Below, piece after piece: positions 14,001 to 24,364 of a DNA stretch of 64,000 nt; position 1 is the stretch's first letter; each line of letters begins with the position of its first letter. Source of the DNA: Octopus bimaculoides (lineage: Eukaryota); assembly GCF_001194135.2 (NCBI RefSeq), contig NC_069000.1, positions 7,269,559-7,333,558 on the forward strand, written 5' to 3'. A program made the position numbers and the translations under genes. The notes below the pieces were generated by a model, which did no database searches, was not told the origin of the DNA, and worked only from the letters and a program-made list of their open reading frames with translations.

Positions 14001-17000
14001 TTCAACTACTAGACTACCCATGACCTGTTGGGTTACTGGGGCAGTCTGAGTTTCCTAGCAACAGAGTTTTGTTGTGTGGGGTTTTTCTTCTTTTCCATGT
14101 TATTTTGCATGCTTTCAACGAATGTGACATCGAAATCACGCGTAAAGGAAAGATTTGGCTGCTATTTTATGCATGCCCTGCTACCATGTAATAGGTATTT
14201 CGGGTCCTTTATCGCAAAAATACATATGCAAAAATACCTGCTAGGTAAAATTCAGAGGTCATCCAGCACACATTAAACAGCAAGAGTGAATAAACAACAT
14301 TCTCAATACGATGATTACATACTAATTTTAGACTCTAGAAGACTTATTTATCTCAATTTAGTGCATTTTTTGATAAAAAATATGTTTACTTACCAATGAA
14401 TCTGTCCATTTTTTTAAAACTCTGGGTCAAAATTAATATTTGATCCATATTCCATTTGACCTCTCGCCACGTGGGAATCTGTCAGTTTGACAAATACTGT
14501 CAAAGTGTGTTAATCATATACAAAAAGTATATGATCAAAACTTTTTTTGACTTTGTGCTTTTTCACCATATTGTGGCTAAATTCAGCAATGACCATATTG
14601 AATTCATGAGAAATTTTTCTTTCTTATGGTACAAAAAACCTTGAAGAAAATATGTTCGTTTCTAAGTGAAAATTAATGATAAAATTATAACTTTTATATT
14701 TCATAACAATTATCTGACATACCCCATCAGTTTCTAATATCAAAATAAAAACAAAAACATTCATTTTTCTGATTGTATGATTTTCAACACAACTTGAGTT
14801 ATAGTGCTCCAGTACACTGAAAAAAAAAAAAAAAAAAAAGACAAACTTTGTAAATGCATAGAAATACCAGAATGTTTGAAGAACCCTGACATGTTATGTA
14901 ACCGTCAGATTTTAATTAAAATTATATGAGAAGTTCACATCCAGAACTTTCAAACAAGTATTTTGATATAAAAATGATGAAACAAGTGTGTTTTTGCTTA
15001 TTCTAACTGTGCTTGTCTCCACTGTACAGCGCTCTATAGTGATACTTAGTGAAACCCATGTGACAGGTCAGCTGGTAGTGTTAGACCATGTGACAGGTCA
15101 GCTGGTAGTGTTAGACCATGTGACAGGTCAGCTGGTAGTGTTAGACAATGCGACAGGTCAGCTGGTAGTGTTAGACAATGCGACAGGTCAGCTGGTAGTG
15201 TTAGACTAAGTGACAGGTCAGCTGGGTAGTTTTAGACCAAGCGACAGGTCAGCCGGTAGTGTTAGACCAAGTGACAGGTCAGCAGGTAGTGTTAGATAGT
15301 AAGTAAAGTAAAAGAAAAGTGAGTCACTTGGATATTACTGCCCTGAATGCTAAGACTCATAGGGCTGCTAACTTGGTTTCCACAGCTACTAAGTGACCAA
15401 GTTCACAATATTGCCTATGAACCGGATACCAGCCTGTTACAGGGTTAGCTCATTTGCAGCTGAGCTGACTGAAGCAATGTGAAATGAAGTGTTCTGCTAA
15501 GAAACTTGATGCATCACTCAGTCCTGGAATTCAAACAACAACCTTGCCATCATGGCTTAACTACTAGGCCATGCACCTTTACTGCTCATATAACAATAAT
15601 TAATTTCAAAAAACAAAAAGGAAAACAGAAAAAAAAGGAAGAAAGTAAATGGTGATAACTGACTGTTTTGTCACTTCTCCGTATTGATGAGTCACAATCT
15701 TCACACTTAATTATTTGAAACGGGCACGTCTCAATATGTTGCTCTTTCTCTTGTAAACAACCTGTCCATGTACAACCTGTGTTGCTACATTTTTTCTGCC
15801 AGTATTCGCAATTATTCAGGTGTTTGGAATGATCCTAAAAAAAAAAAATTTAACAAAAAAAAAAAACACAAAATTAGAAAATATTTTCACACACACACAC
15901 ACACTTCAAGAACACAATTTCATTACTCTTATATGTCTTCACTACAACACATCAAAAGACGTGTCTTCCGCATTGCAACATGCCAACAGGTGTGTTTTCC
16001 TCACTGTAACATGCCAACAGGTGTGTCTTCCTCGCTGTAACATGCCAACAGGTGTATCCTCTTCACTGTAACATGCCAATAAGTGTGTCTTCCTCCCAGT
16101 AACATGTCAACAGGCATATCAGAGATAATATGGTCAATATCTACATTACAATGTAGATATTACAACACTCAGTAAGACAGGGCTTCTTGCAGTGAATTCT
16201 CTTAACAAGGTTAGTGAGGACTATACCTTATTCTGGAAGGGCTATCCTGAGGACAGGACATCACCAATATGATATGAGATTTTTTTGTGAGAAAGTCTGC
16301 TGTCTGAGTTGAGTGAGACACCAGCTGGCATTAAAGAGCGGCTAATATTATTTCATGCTCCATTTGAGAAGTCCCAAGTCACATGATTGAGAACTTGTGC
16401 ATCTCCTGTGCAATGTAATCATCTGGATAAAGACTACTTCTATCAGACATTAGATTAAGTACTAACTAAAATACCAAATTAATACAAAACATCCCACTGT
16501 GTGATTTTTAATGCAGGAACAGGGAAGAAAAGAAAAAAAAAAACAAGGAATAATTGGTACTTATTCCATCAACCCTGAAAGATGAAAATTAACCTTTCAC
16601 CTTTTCGAGGTTGATGAAATAATAATGATGGTCACTTCTGTTGATTTCGACATACAAGTGTTTGAAGGGGAGGATTAAAAGAAAGAAGAAAAATTAGTAG
16701 CAGCAGTAACAACAACAACAACCAGAGAGAACAAAGAACACAAGTAAAGAAAGTGGTACTTACCGATAAATCTTTGTACAACATTTTTACAGGACAGCCA
16801 TAACATTTATTATAACAATATACAAGTTGGTGGTTGATGTATCTTCTTGCACTGAAGTCTTCATGGAGCTGAGAATGGACAAATTATTTAGATTAGTTTA
16901 TTTCAATGTTTCCCAATCTTTTCCAGTTGCCATCCCTTTTGGCTTCTGGGATGACACACAAGCACACACCTCTTTCTATAGCAAATTCAAAACATCTGTA

Positions 17001-17176
17001 TTTCACAAATAAAATTTAAATTAGTAAACCCATTTATTTTGCTGTTTTTACAATATGAAGGACTAAATTTACATCTTGCCCGTAACAAAGTTGTTTTCTG
17101 ATTTTCAATGGAATGGATGTACTTAGTGCAGGGATATCAACTTCCTGACATCTGGTTGAAAGGTACTAAAAAGTTG

Positions 17177-17244
<68 letters not shown>

Positions 17245-17706
17245 ACATATATGTATATATAGGTTTAAATGTATATGTATATATACATACATATAGACAG
17301 ACAGACAGATAACTAGATATATATATGTCTAAATAAAAGGTATGATGGTCACAGCTACACAACTATTACCCTGTTAACTAGTTATTCAAAATGACAATAT
17401 AAATTTCAGTCAAAAATGTGACATGTAAGTGAGATTCAGGAAGTTGTAAATTGTAAGAAAAAATTTTTTTTAAATAATTCAATTAATACAAACCTCAAAT
17501 TTTCTCAAAGTGACACAATCTTCCTCGTTTGCAGGACATGGTACACTGTCCACATTTTTCAACAAATTGTCAGCACATTCCATACAGATGCGGTGGCCAC
17601 ATCGTGTCATCATAGCATTCTTTAAAACATTTTTGCAAGAAATGCAAAGATAGGATTCTTCTATATTAACAAATTCTGGGGTAGGATCAGGCTTTGACAA
17701 GGCCAT
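2018..17706 (-). CDS. TRAF3: TNF receptor-associated factor, TRAF3-like (RING, 5 TRAF zinc fingers, coiled coil, MATH/TRAF-C), 8 coding exons, ~538-542 aa
   Basis: Exons on the minus strand: 17494-17706 (MALSKPDP...CISC...CGHRICMEC...[12 protein letters not shown]); 16764-16868 ([25 protein letters not shown]); 15664-15834 (DHSKHLNNC...CSNTGC...CEDC, GTCAGT donor); 7115-7186 (SHAEEC...CDYC); 6450-6524 (LSAHWKEC...[11 protein letters not shown]); 4453 or 4465-4584 ([18 protein letters not shown]; donor choice uncertain); 2952-3246 (coiled coil); 2018-2583 ([32 protein letters not shown]...WPFKHKVTL...[13 protein letters not shown]). All junctions are GT-AG and in phase. The MATH motifs as I recall them resemble TRAF3 more than TRAF2; exact orthology needs a phylogeny. 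Confidence 0.9.
2680..2860 (+). repeat. C-rich degenerate minisatellite in the last TRAF intron
   Basis: Repeated CCCC(A)CTGAACCCAGTTGT / CCCCAAACCCAGTCAT-like units. Confidence 0.6.
3431..3822 (+). mobile_element. 3' tail of an RTE-type LINE with internal ~70-bp tandem repeats and a (GAT)n tail
   Basis: About three copies of GCACCATTC...GCCTGACTGG...TGTGCCGGTGGCATGTAAAAA, then GGCGTTAGGAAGGGCATCCAGCTG...GTTAAACGA(TGA)n. Related copies lie at 1-155(-), 3945-4085, 8280-8430, 27625-27870(-), 30805-30940(-), 34325-34390 and 43865-43935. Confidence 0.7.
5703..6171. mobile_element. hAT (Charlie-like) MITE with a nested tRNA-derived SINE
   Basis: Ends are CAGTGGATCTAAAC and GTTGAGAACCACTG. The 8-bp flanks TTTTAAAC / ATTTAGAC match at 6/8 and look like a TSD. 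A SINE at ~5835-6020 (-) has a tRNA-like head with A box TGGCCCAGTGG and B box GGTTTCGATTCC. Confidence 0.65.
7335..7938 (+). repeat. 30-bp minisatellite, left half (~20 diverged copies)
   Basis: Unit approximately GGTCAGCTGGTAGTGTTAGACCATGTGACA. It explains the repetitive ORFs ([10 protein letters not shown] / [10 protein letters not shown]). Confidence 0.9.
11060..11372 (+). mobile_element. 5'-truncated RTE LINE copy (last codons of the ORF plus 3' UTR), nested in the TIR element
   Basis: The translation [21 protein letters not shown] resembles an RTE ORF C-terminus and is followed by the same 3' tail and (GAT)n as the other copies. Confidence 0.65.
12079..12371 (-). mobile_element. Young RTE-tail retrocopy nested in the TIR element
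   Basis: (CAT)n tail, then sequence nearly identical to the reverse complement of 41845-42165; it runs into an N-gap. Confidence 0.8.
15052..15298 (+). repeat. 30-bp minisatellite, right half (~8 near-identical copies)
   Basis: Same unit and orientation as 7335-7938; the copies at 15061-15210 are almost identical. Confidence 0.92.
15961..16115 (+). repeat. 31-bp minisatellite, ~5 copies
   Basis: Unit approximately GTGTCTTCCTCACTGTAACATGCCAACAGGT starting at 15961, 15992, 16023 and onward. Confidence 0.85.
16140..16520 (+). mobile_element. Decayed AP-endonuclease domain of an RTE-clade LINE
   Basis: The translation [12 protein letters not shown]...[11 protein letters not shown]...[10 protein letters not shown]...KDYFYQTLD...FNAGTG (with stops and frameshifts) follows the RTE APE pattern DIAALSETR...YTFFWKG...GINERL...FYxxLD...DFNARVG. 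Confidence 0.65.
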
Positions 17707-18439
17707 TTCAGGAAAAATAGATCTGAAAATAAACAAAGGAAGGTTGCTATGAAAGACAACTTGTTAGAAATACTACGTTAACAACAGGACATAGCTTTTT
17801 CTGCCTTGCGCTCGCTCACTCACACTTTCCGTGTGTGTGTGTCTGTGTGAGCAAAAGAGAAAGGTAATGGAGGAGTGCAGTAGCAGGTGAGACAAAGTGA
17901 TGTCCTCTCCAAATTAAGCCAGCATGTAACAAACATTAAAAAAAAAATGAAGATGATGATGATGATGATTGGATTTTCTTACTTGGGTACTTTATCGTTT
18001 ACTTGTTTTAGTCATCAGACTACGGCCATGCTGGGGCACCGCCTTAAAGAAATTTTGGTTAAAGGAACTGAACCCAGTACTTGTCTTTTTTTTATATAGC
18101 CTAGCACTGATTTGATTGGTCTCTATTCTCAAACCTCGAAGTTACAGGGATGTAAACACACCAACACTTCTCATCAAGTGACAGTCGGGGACAAACACAC
18201 ACACACACATAATATATACACACGCATACACAATGGGCTTCTTTCAGTTTCCATATACCAAATCCACTCACAAGGCTTTGGTTGGCCCAAGGCTATTGTA
18301 GAAAACATTTGTCTAAGGTGCCATGTACACCAAACTTTTACATACCTTATCTGTTTAGAGTACCCCTACCAGAAGCAGTTCACTTCTCTAGATATTTCTT
18401 TTTGCTTTTTCCTCATGAATGGAATTTTATAAATGACTT

Positions 18440-18472
<33 letters not shown>

Positions 18473-18814
18473 AACAAATAAACAAATGAGATGTTGTAAT
18501 AATAAGCACAGGAAATGAATTGCGTAGCGACAATAAAACAAATGATAAGGATATGATAATCACAGAATGAATAATTGAAATAATTTCCCATTTGCTGAAA
18601 CAATAAATCCTGAAATTCTCTTGAAATTCCAGATTCGAATGTGGGAGTGGAAAATTACAGAATTAGATCCCAGTTTCATATATGTAATAAGACAACAAAT
18701 TTAACCATGGGGAAAATTGTTACATCGAATGACAACTGGAGAATGAATTGATGTAACATCAACAATATCAATCTCAATAATGACAACACAATGGGGAGAA
18801 TTAGATTTTGTAAG

Positions 18815-19015
18815 TGAAATATTATAAGGTTTAACACCCCTTTTGGAATTCTCGTAGCCATGGATATACCAGGAATATTCTTTAGGGCATTAGACAAGCA
18901 TTTTCCTCCCTCTTGTAGATACAGTATGATATTTAGTGGGCATACTGTAAAATTCATATACTCTACTACATCTAATCTAGCTGATAATAAGACAGCAGTT
19001 AATAGTAAGAAATTA
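18815..19015 (+). mobile_element. Penelope-like element RT/linker fragment
   Basis: NIIRFNTPF...GIFFRALDKHFPPSCRYSMIFSGHTVKFIYSTTSNL matches the PLE motif IIWFNPP...GKxFLxLIDKHFP...KIFNRNTVKxSYSCxxN. Confidence 0.7.
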
Positions 19016-19744
19016 AATTATATTACTATTAATGAGTATAATTTTAATTTCTCAGGTCTGCTGCAAATAATTCACCTTTATCTATTACTAGCAATGCAAC
19101 CCAGCGTTGCCAGGGTGTTATGGCCTACAGCTGTATTGTATTATTTGCTCCTTTTTGTGGGCAGAATTGGCACAGCTGATATATAGTGAACTGGATTACT
19201 GACATAATGGAAGTTATTGTTTGTTTAAAAGTGAAAGGAGGGAGGATACAATTTGCGTGAATTTGCATGAAAGTGCTTTCTGTTTCTTAAGAAGGATCAC
19301 AAACTGTATTGTTTCATTGTATAGAAGTGGGTTATTATGATTTTGCCCAGAAATCATGTTTTCCAAATTTTAATTTATCCCCAATTTCCACTGCAATTTC
19401 TTAATTTGTAACTCTTTTTTGAATTTTTTTTTATCCACATAGAAAAATACAGAGATTATGAATCTGGGAAATATATTTTTTTAAAGTTTAATTTTTTTTA
19501 AAGACACACTCAATGCCCCTTCCCCCACCTCACCCATCATCTCCCCACTTTCAAAAGGCCAAAACCTCCCAATGTTTCATGCATGCACAGAATTCTACTA
19601 AAATAGCAGACATAAAAAATACCAGACCACCAGAAAACCCGACATGCTAGAAACAACAGGTAAACAACAATATTCCTCACTTTCCAAAAAGCTAAAAGTG
19701 AAATATTGGGAGTTTGTAGGTTTGATGTGCTATTATTATCTAGA

Positions 19745-20431
19745 AAACACAACCTTAGCTTCAGGGAAACAGGGCAAAGAGTGAATGATGTGGAAAGAAG
19801 GAAGCTAGAAATAATTCTCAGCTACAATGCGACGAAACAGGGAATAGGTATCTCTGTTCAAATGGCAAGCTACTTCACACGTCTTAGAAAAAGCATCAGA
19901 TGGTATCACAAGATTGCTTTTGAATACCTGCTCAAAACAACCATAGTAAATGCTTTGGTGATATTTCGAAAGAACAATCAACAGAAAGTGCAGATTACTG
20001 AATTTAGAAAATCTATTATTGAATCACTCTGTGATTTGGACACTCACCAACAATACCAAGAGCTGCAAGCACTAGTACATAACTTGAAAAGGTGCAGCGA
20101 AAGGGACAAATCGAACAGAAGTAGTTGATAATTTCTGTTACCTATGTAAGCTAAATTTGGTGGCGCATGGCTTAGTGGTAACAGATAATCTGGAAACATT
20201 TTATTGCGAGTGTCAGCTCTAGACACAAGTTCTCTGTAACCCAAAAGCAATAAAGAATTCTTAACAGCCTCCTTCATAGCTAATTTTGGTCAACTAGGTA
20301 ACAGAAGCTACCAAACACTTTGTAGGAGCCAGAAAAAAACTTATCTCATGTGTGGTGCTGATATTGTCGCTCTTTGCATCTTCAACGCAAAGAGCAACTT
20401 GCACTTCCTCGTCAACTTTCACCTACAATAA
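19745..20431 (+). mobile_element. piggyBac transposase relic (C-terminal catalytic part plus cysteine-rich tail), interrupted by a ~190-bp insertion
   Basis: KLEIILSYNATKQGIGISVQMASYFTRLRKSIRWYHKIAFEYLL...VNALVIF...ITEFRKSIIESL corresponds to piggyBac KPxIIxxYNxTKGGVDxxDQM...RKSxKWYxK, but the GVD Asp residues are lost. 20315-20431 reads KKTYLMCGADIVALCIF...NFH, which is CRD-like. Confidence 0.78.
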
Positions 20432-21418
20432 ATGCCCCCCCCCCCCCCCCGGCTCTTCTATACTGACCTTGGCCAGAACAGCCAGCTCAGGCACCGGCAC
20501 CCTTTGCACCCATCAGAATGAAGAGGCTCAATCGTTCACTACAGATTAGCTCCCCAGACACAAGTTAGTGCTGATGAAGCTAGTTACAGGTGAAATACAG
20601 AGACATCAGGAAGATATTGTTCCTTGGATTTGATGAGAAAGTTTTAAATAGGGTTCTATAAGTGGTGGCATAAACAAGGAGAGAGAAATGCTGGACTGGT
20701 TAGCAAGATAGTGATGTTGATGTATGAGAAGGTATGTTCAGTTGTAAGGACAAAAGAAAGGAACAGTGTTGGTATTAAGTCCTCTATTATATGCAGATGT
20801 GATGGAGGGGACAATTGGCACAGAAAAAAAATATTACAAGAGACATCAATTCAAAAAAAGATTTTTTTTTTTTTGTCTTTCTCAGATTTTTCTCACTGAT
20901 ATACAGCCACAAAAAATACCCATGTCCATCTGGGAGTACAGAAAGGGATCATTCCCATTACAAACGTAGCAATATTATCATCGACTGCTAGAAAAGCAAA
21001 AATGTTCCAGAAAGAAGCAACTACAGAGCTATCGCAGTTATTGTTGTTGTTGTCGAGCATCAGATCAACTCTGATTGAGCAGACCTACGACCGAAGGCGT
21101 CCCAGCCATGACCATCGTGTCATTTTTATATATCAAAGATTAGATTGATCATCCTTATTTAACATTGCAGAGTGTAATCCGAAAGATTTGAGATTTGACT
21201 GCTATCTTTAGCAGATCGAGGTTCCCTCGTGTTTTGCGATTATGTTAATCCAAAAAAAGAATGTTTTGTTAATTAACGACGATAATCAAATGGATTTTAT
21301 ATTGCAGAGAGACAAAACAGAATATGAAACGAAATAAATTCTGGGAAAAAATCTTCACTCAGAACCACTTCCCGAAACGAGGAAAAATTCATCGGAATTC
21401 ACGAAAATAGGTTCTTAC

Positions 21419-21730
21419 TGCTGCAACTACATAGTTACCGGGTTCTATTTGAAATCTCAGTACTTATTAAACACTTCGAATTCTGTTACCCAGAGGAGGG
21501 GGAAAAAAAAAAAAGAGGGTGGGTCAGTTGGTTCCAATAGCAGATTCATCTATTCAGTGGGCTAAGTAAGGAAAAAGGGGTCCACGAAAGGGAACAGTCT
21601 AATTTGGTTTGTATTCTTTCAAACTCCTAAACGTGAATGGAAGTATCATTTTAAAATAAAAGGCGGTCGGATTTTTTCCTTTCGTCAAATATTAAAAAAA
21701 ATTTTTTTTAAATGAATGACAAACGGAAGT
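21419..21730 (-). promoter_or_regulatory. Candidate proximal promoter and non-coding first exon of the TRAF gene
   Basis: Minus-strand donor GCA|GTAAGA at 21419/21418, CGGAAGT ETS motif at 21724-21730, and locally CpG-richer unique sequence. The RING exon begins at an acceptor (17722) 16 nt before the ATG, so it needs an upstream exon. Confidence 0.4.
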
Positions 21731-22519
21731 CGTCAATACGTTTGTTGAGTTCGATATTTAGTGAATCGATGTTTTAGGCAAGAATAACAGACACACATAC
21801 ACAGGGAAAAAAAAAACACCACCAAACATTATTTAAGACGAATCATCGAGGAAGAAACGATAGGTGATCGCGCGGCCTGCTAGAAAATGCAGCCAAATCT
21901 TTCAGTCACATTACACCCTACTGTCTTGAAAAAAAAGGGAAAGATTGCAGAATGTTGCCCTAGATATACTAGAAGTGAAAGAAAGAAGGGAGGGTCACGA
22001 CTGGAAAACCTTTGATCAGAGGTCTGTTCGATCAAGGGTGAATAAGGCCTGAAATCTATAATCCGACAGATGTAGATTAAATATTAAATTTTTTTAAAAA
22101 TTATTGTAAGAGTAAGAATATATGCGTGTGTGAGAGTGTATACACACACAATATATATGTATATATACGCAATTGTTCTCAAGGATCGTTATTAACTAGA
22201 GACAAATGAATAGACGGCTTAAATGCTTTAAGTCATATAAATTTTAAAATATGAAAAGAAACAAAAAAAAACGGCGACAAATTGGTGAATTAATTGTTTA
22301 CTTTGAATTAATGGTGATGAGAAAAGAAAACAGTAAATCTACGGCAAAAAAAAAAAAATCAAAATAAGTTAGTTACTAAAATAAAAACTGGAATTTTTCT
22401 GACCCAAAAATAAATAAGGGGAAACCCACTAAAATGTGAAAGCGAATGAACAGATTACGATCATCCAAAGAGAAATACAGAAGCCCTTTTATAAAGTCTC
22501 TCACACACACGTATGTATG

Positions 22520-22577
<58 letters not shown>

Positions 22578-22749
22578 GTCACGGCTTAAAGAAACTAGAT
22601 ACATTTATACATACATACATACACGTATATATACCCCGATCACTGACCATGAATAGCGAGGTAATGACGGCATAGGAAAGAAAACAGAATAGTATGAAAG
22701 ATCGAAATAATGTATGTAAGCGTGACTATATATATATACATATACATAC

Positions 22750-22806
<57 letters not shown>

Positions 22807-23005
22807 TATTGTTTAAGGTTTTTTTTTTTTTGCTCCTCTTCCTTTTGAAACACAGACAAAAAATTCGAAACGAAAAATCATATTAAAAGAAAGAAGAAAA
22901 AAAGCGAAGAAAGAGAAAAAAAATGGTAATAGAAGGAATTGGAATATAATTTGAAATTGTTGTTAAATGAAATAACAAAGCTTATTTGTGGTGGTTAATA
23001 CTTAC

Positions 23006-23281
23006 AGTGAAATCAACTGTTCACACACAACACTATTATGTTAATAGGAATTGTCAAGGAAAGCAGAAACCAAGTCACAGCTTTTTATGAACCTTTGCCT
23101 GTCATCACTGGATTGGTAAAACAACCACACTTTCACATGGAACCATACAAATCTTCAAACATCTTGCTCCTTAATGCAACCAACTAATTTTCAACAAGTT
23201 TATGAAAATAGGGGTTATTTAATGCCTAGTACAAGAGACTAGCTCATCGATATAACTTCCTGTCTAAGGCGAAACAGGAAG
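23006..23281 (-). promoter_or_regulatory. Candidate distal promoter and non-coding first exon of the TRAF gene
   Basis: Minus-strand donor ACT|GTAAGT at 23006/23005. Inverted ETS-like pair CTTCCTGT (23256-23263) and ACAGGAAG (23274-23281). An in-frame stop precedes the junction, so the exon would be 5' UTR. Confidence 0.4.
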
Positions 23282-24364
23282 GGCAAATCGAGACTTTTCT
23301 CCCTTCTTTCTAAGAGAAGTAATTAGTCATGTGGAGGAGAGAATTACACACGATTAATATATTACTTGTTCTTTTTCTCTCTATGTCTGTGTCTCAATAA
23401 TGTTTGTATTTACAGTCCTACACACATTCGTTTATCTATCTATATGTTGTGTGTGTGTGTGTATATGTATGTGTTGAGTGTGTCTGTTTATCTGTGTTAC
23501 GAGATAGTGCTCAGGATGTAGAGCAGGAAAAACGTGATCTTATAAATACGAGAAAGTACGAAATTTTCTTTATGCGTAGATAAAATTGCAACATATATAA
23601 ATATATACATATTAACTGTCAGAAGAAGAGTGAGAAAGGAGTACCCAATCCCATAATAGAAATTAATAATATATTTTATTTTGGCTGAGTCAGTATCTTG
23701 TTACACCTATAGGTGTGACTGAATTCGATGGGATTTGTACATATTTAGTTTTCTTGGCATAGGATGTGGTGTAGATGGAAAGAAGAAAGAGTAACTGGAA
23801 GGAATGATAAAACGGGAAAGACAAAAATATACAATGTGGGTGTGTAATCTATTTCATCATAACGTTCTTGAGTCTTCTTTTCCTGTTGACACAAATGCCA
23901 CACCCATTTTTTAATATAAAATAAGTACCAGGCTTTATCAATTTGTTTGATTTAAGCCCTTTAAAGTGGTGCCCCAGCATGGCTACTGTCCAATGGTTGA
24001 AACAAAAGATAAGAAATGTATGTGAGCATTAGAAAATATGAGGCAAGGGAGAGAAGATGATGATAACTGAGGTTTGGGAAAGGTACAGGGATGAACATAG
24101 TGGCCGATAGAGGATTAATCAATAATAGGTATGAGTTGGAATGTCGATGCTGAGCCTCTGACACAAGTTTGGAAAGTTTGCATAGTGGATTGAATGTTGA
24201 CATGAACCCTAAATCTTTAAGTCTTTTCCTTAAAGATGAAAACTAGTAATCCTTTTTACTTAATTTTTTTTGGCGGGGGGAGGAGCTAGTTGATTACATC
24301 GACCCCAGAGTTCAACTGGTACTTATCTCATCAACCGCAAAAAGATGAAAGACAAAACCGATCT

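Larger units (their letters stand above)
7939..15051 (-). mobile_element. ~7.1 kb DNA transposon relic with long TIRs (CACTA-like termini) and a decayed intron-containing gene
   Basis: The left TIR (7939-7955 plus 8691-9144, interrupted by an insertion) is the reverse complement of ~14575-15051; for example 9094-9132 equals the reverse complement of 14586-14624 at 39/39. Minus-strand ORF relics include ATG at 14409 (MDRFI|GTAAGT), a 59-nt intron, and stop-riddled protein-like stretches at 13090-14330 and 9860-10757. Confidence 0.72.

Noticed and set aside
16869-16995. Alternative upstream acceptors for the second TRAF coding exon (16995, 16975)
   Set aside because: They lead to in-frame stops; the acceptor at 16868 gives the expected zinc-finger sequence.
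19084-19117. Helitron/HINE-like start motif ACTAGCAATGCAACCCAGCGTTGCCAGGG
   Set aside because: No matching 3' end could be identified, so the element cannot be delimited.
21660-21680. NF-kB-like GGATTTTTTCC, and GAS/IRF-like words at 21326-21377
   Set aside because: They match consensus only loosely and such words are frequent by chance in AT-rich DNA.
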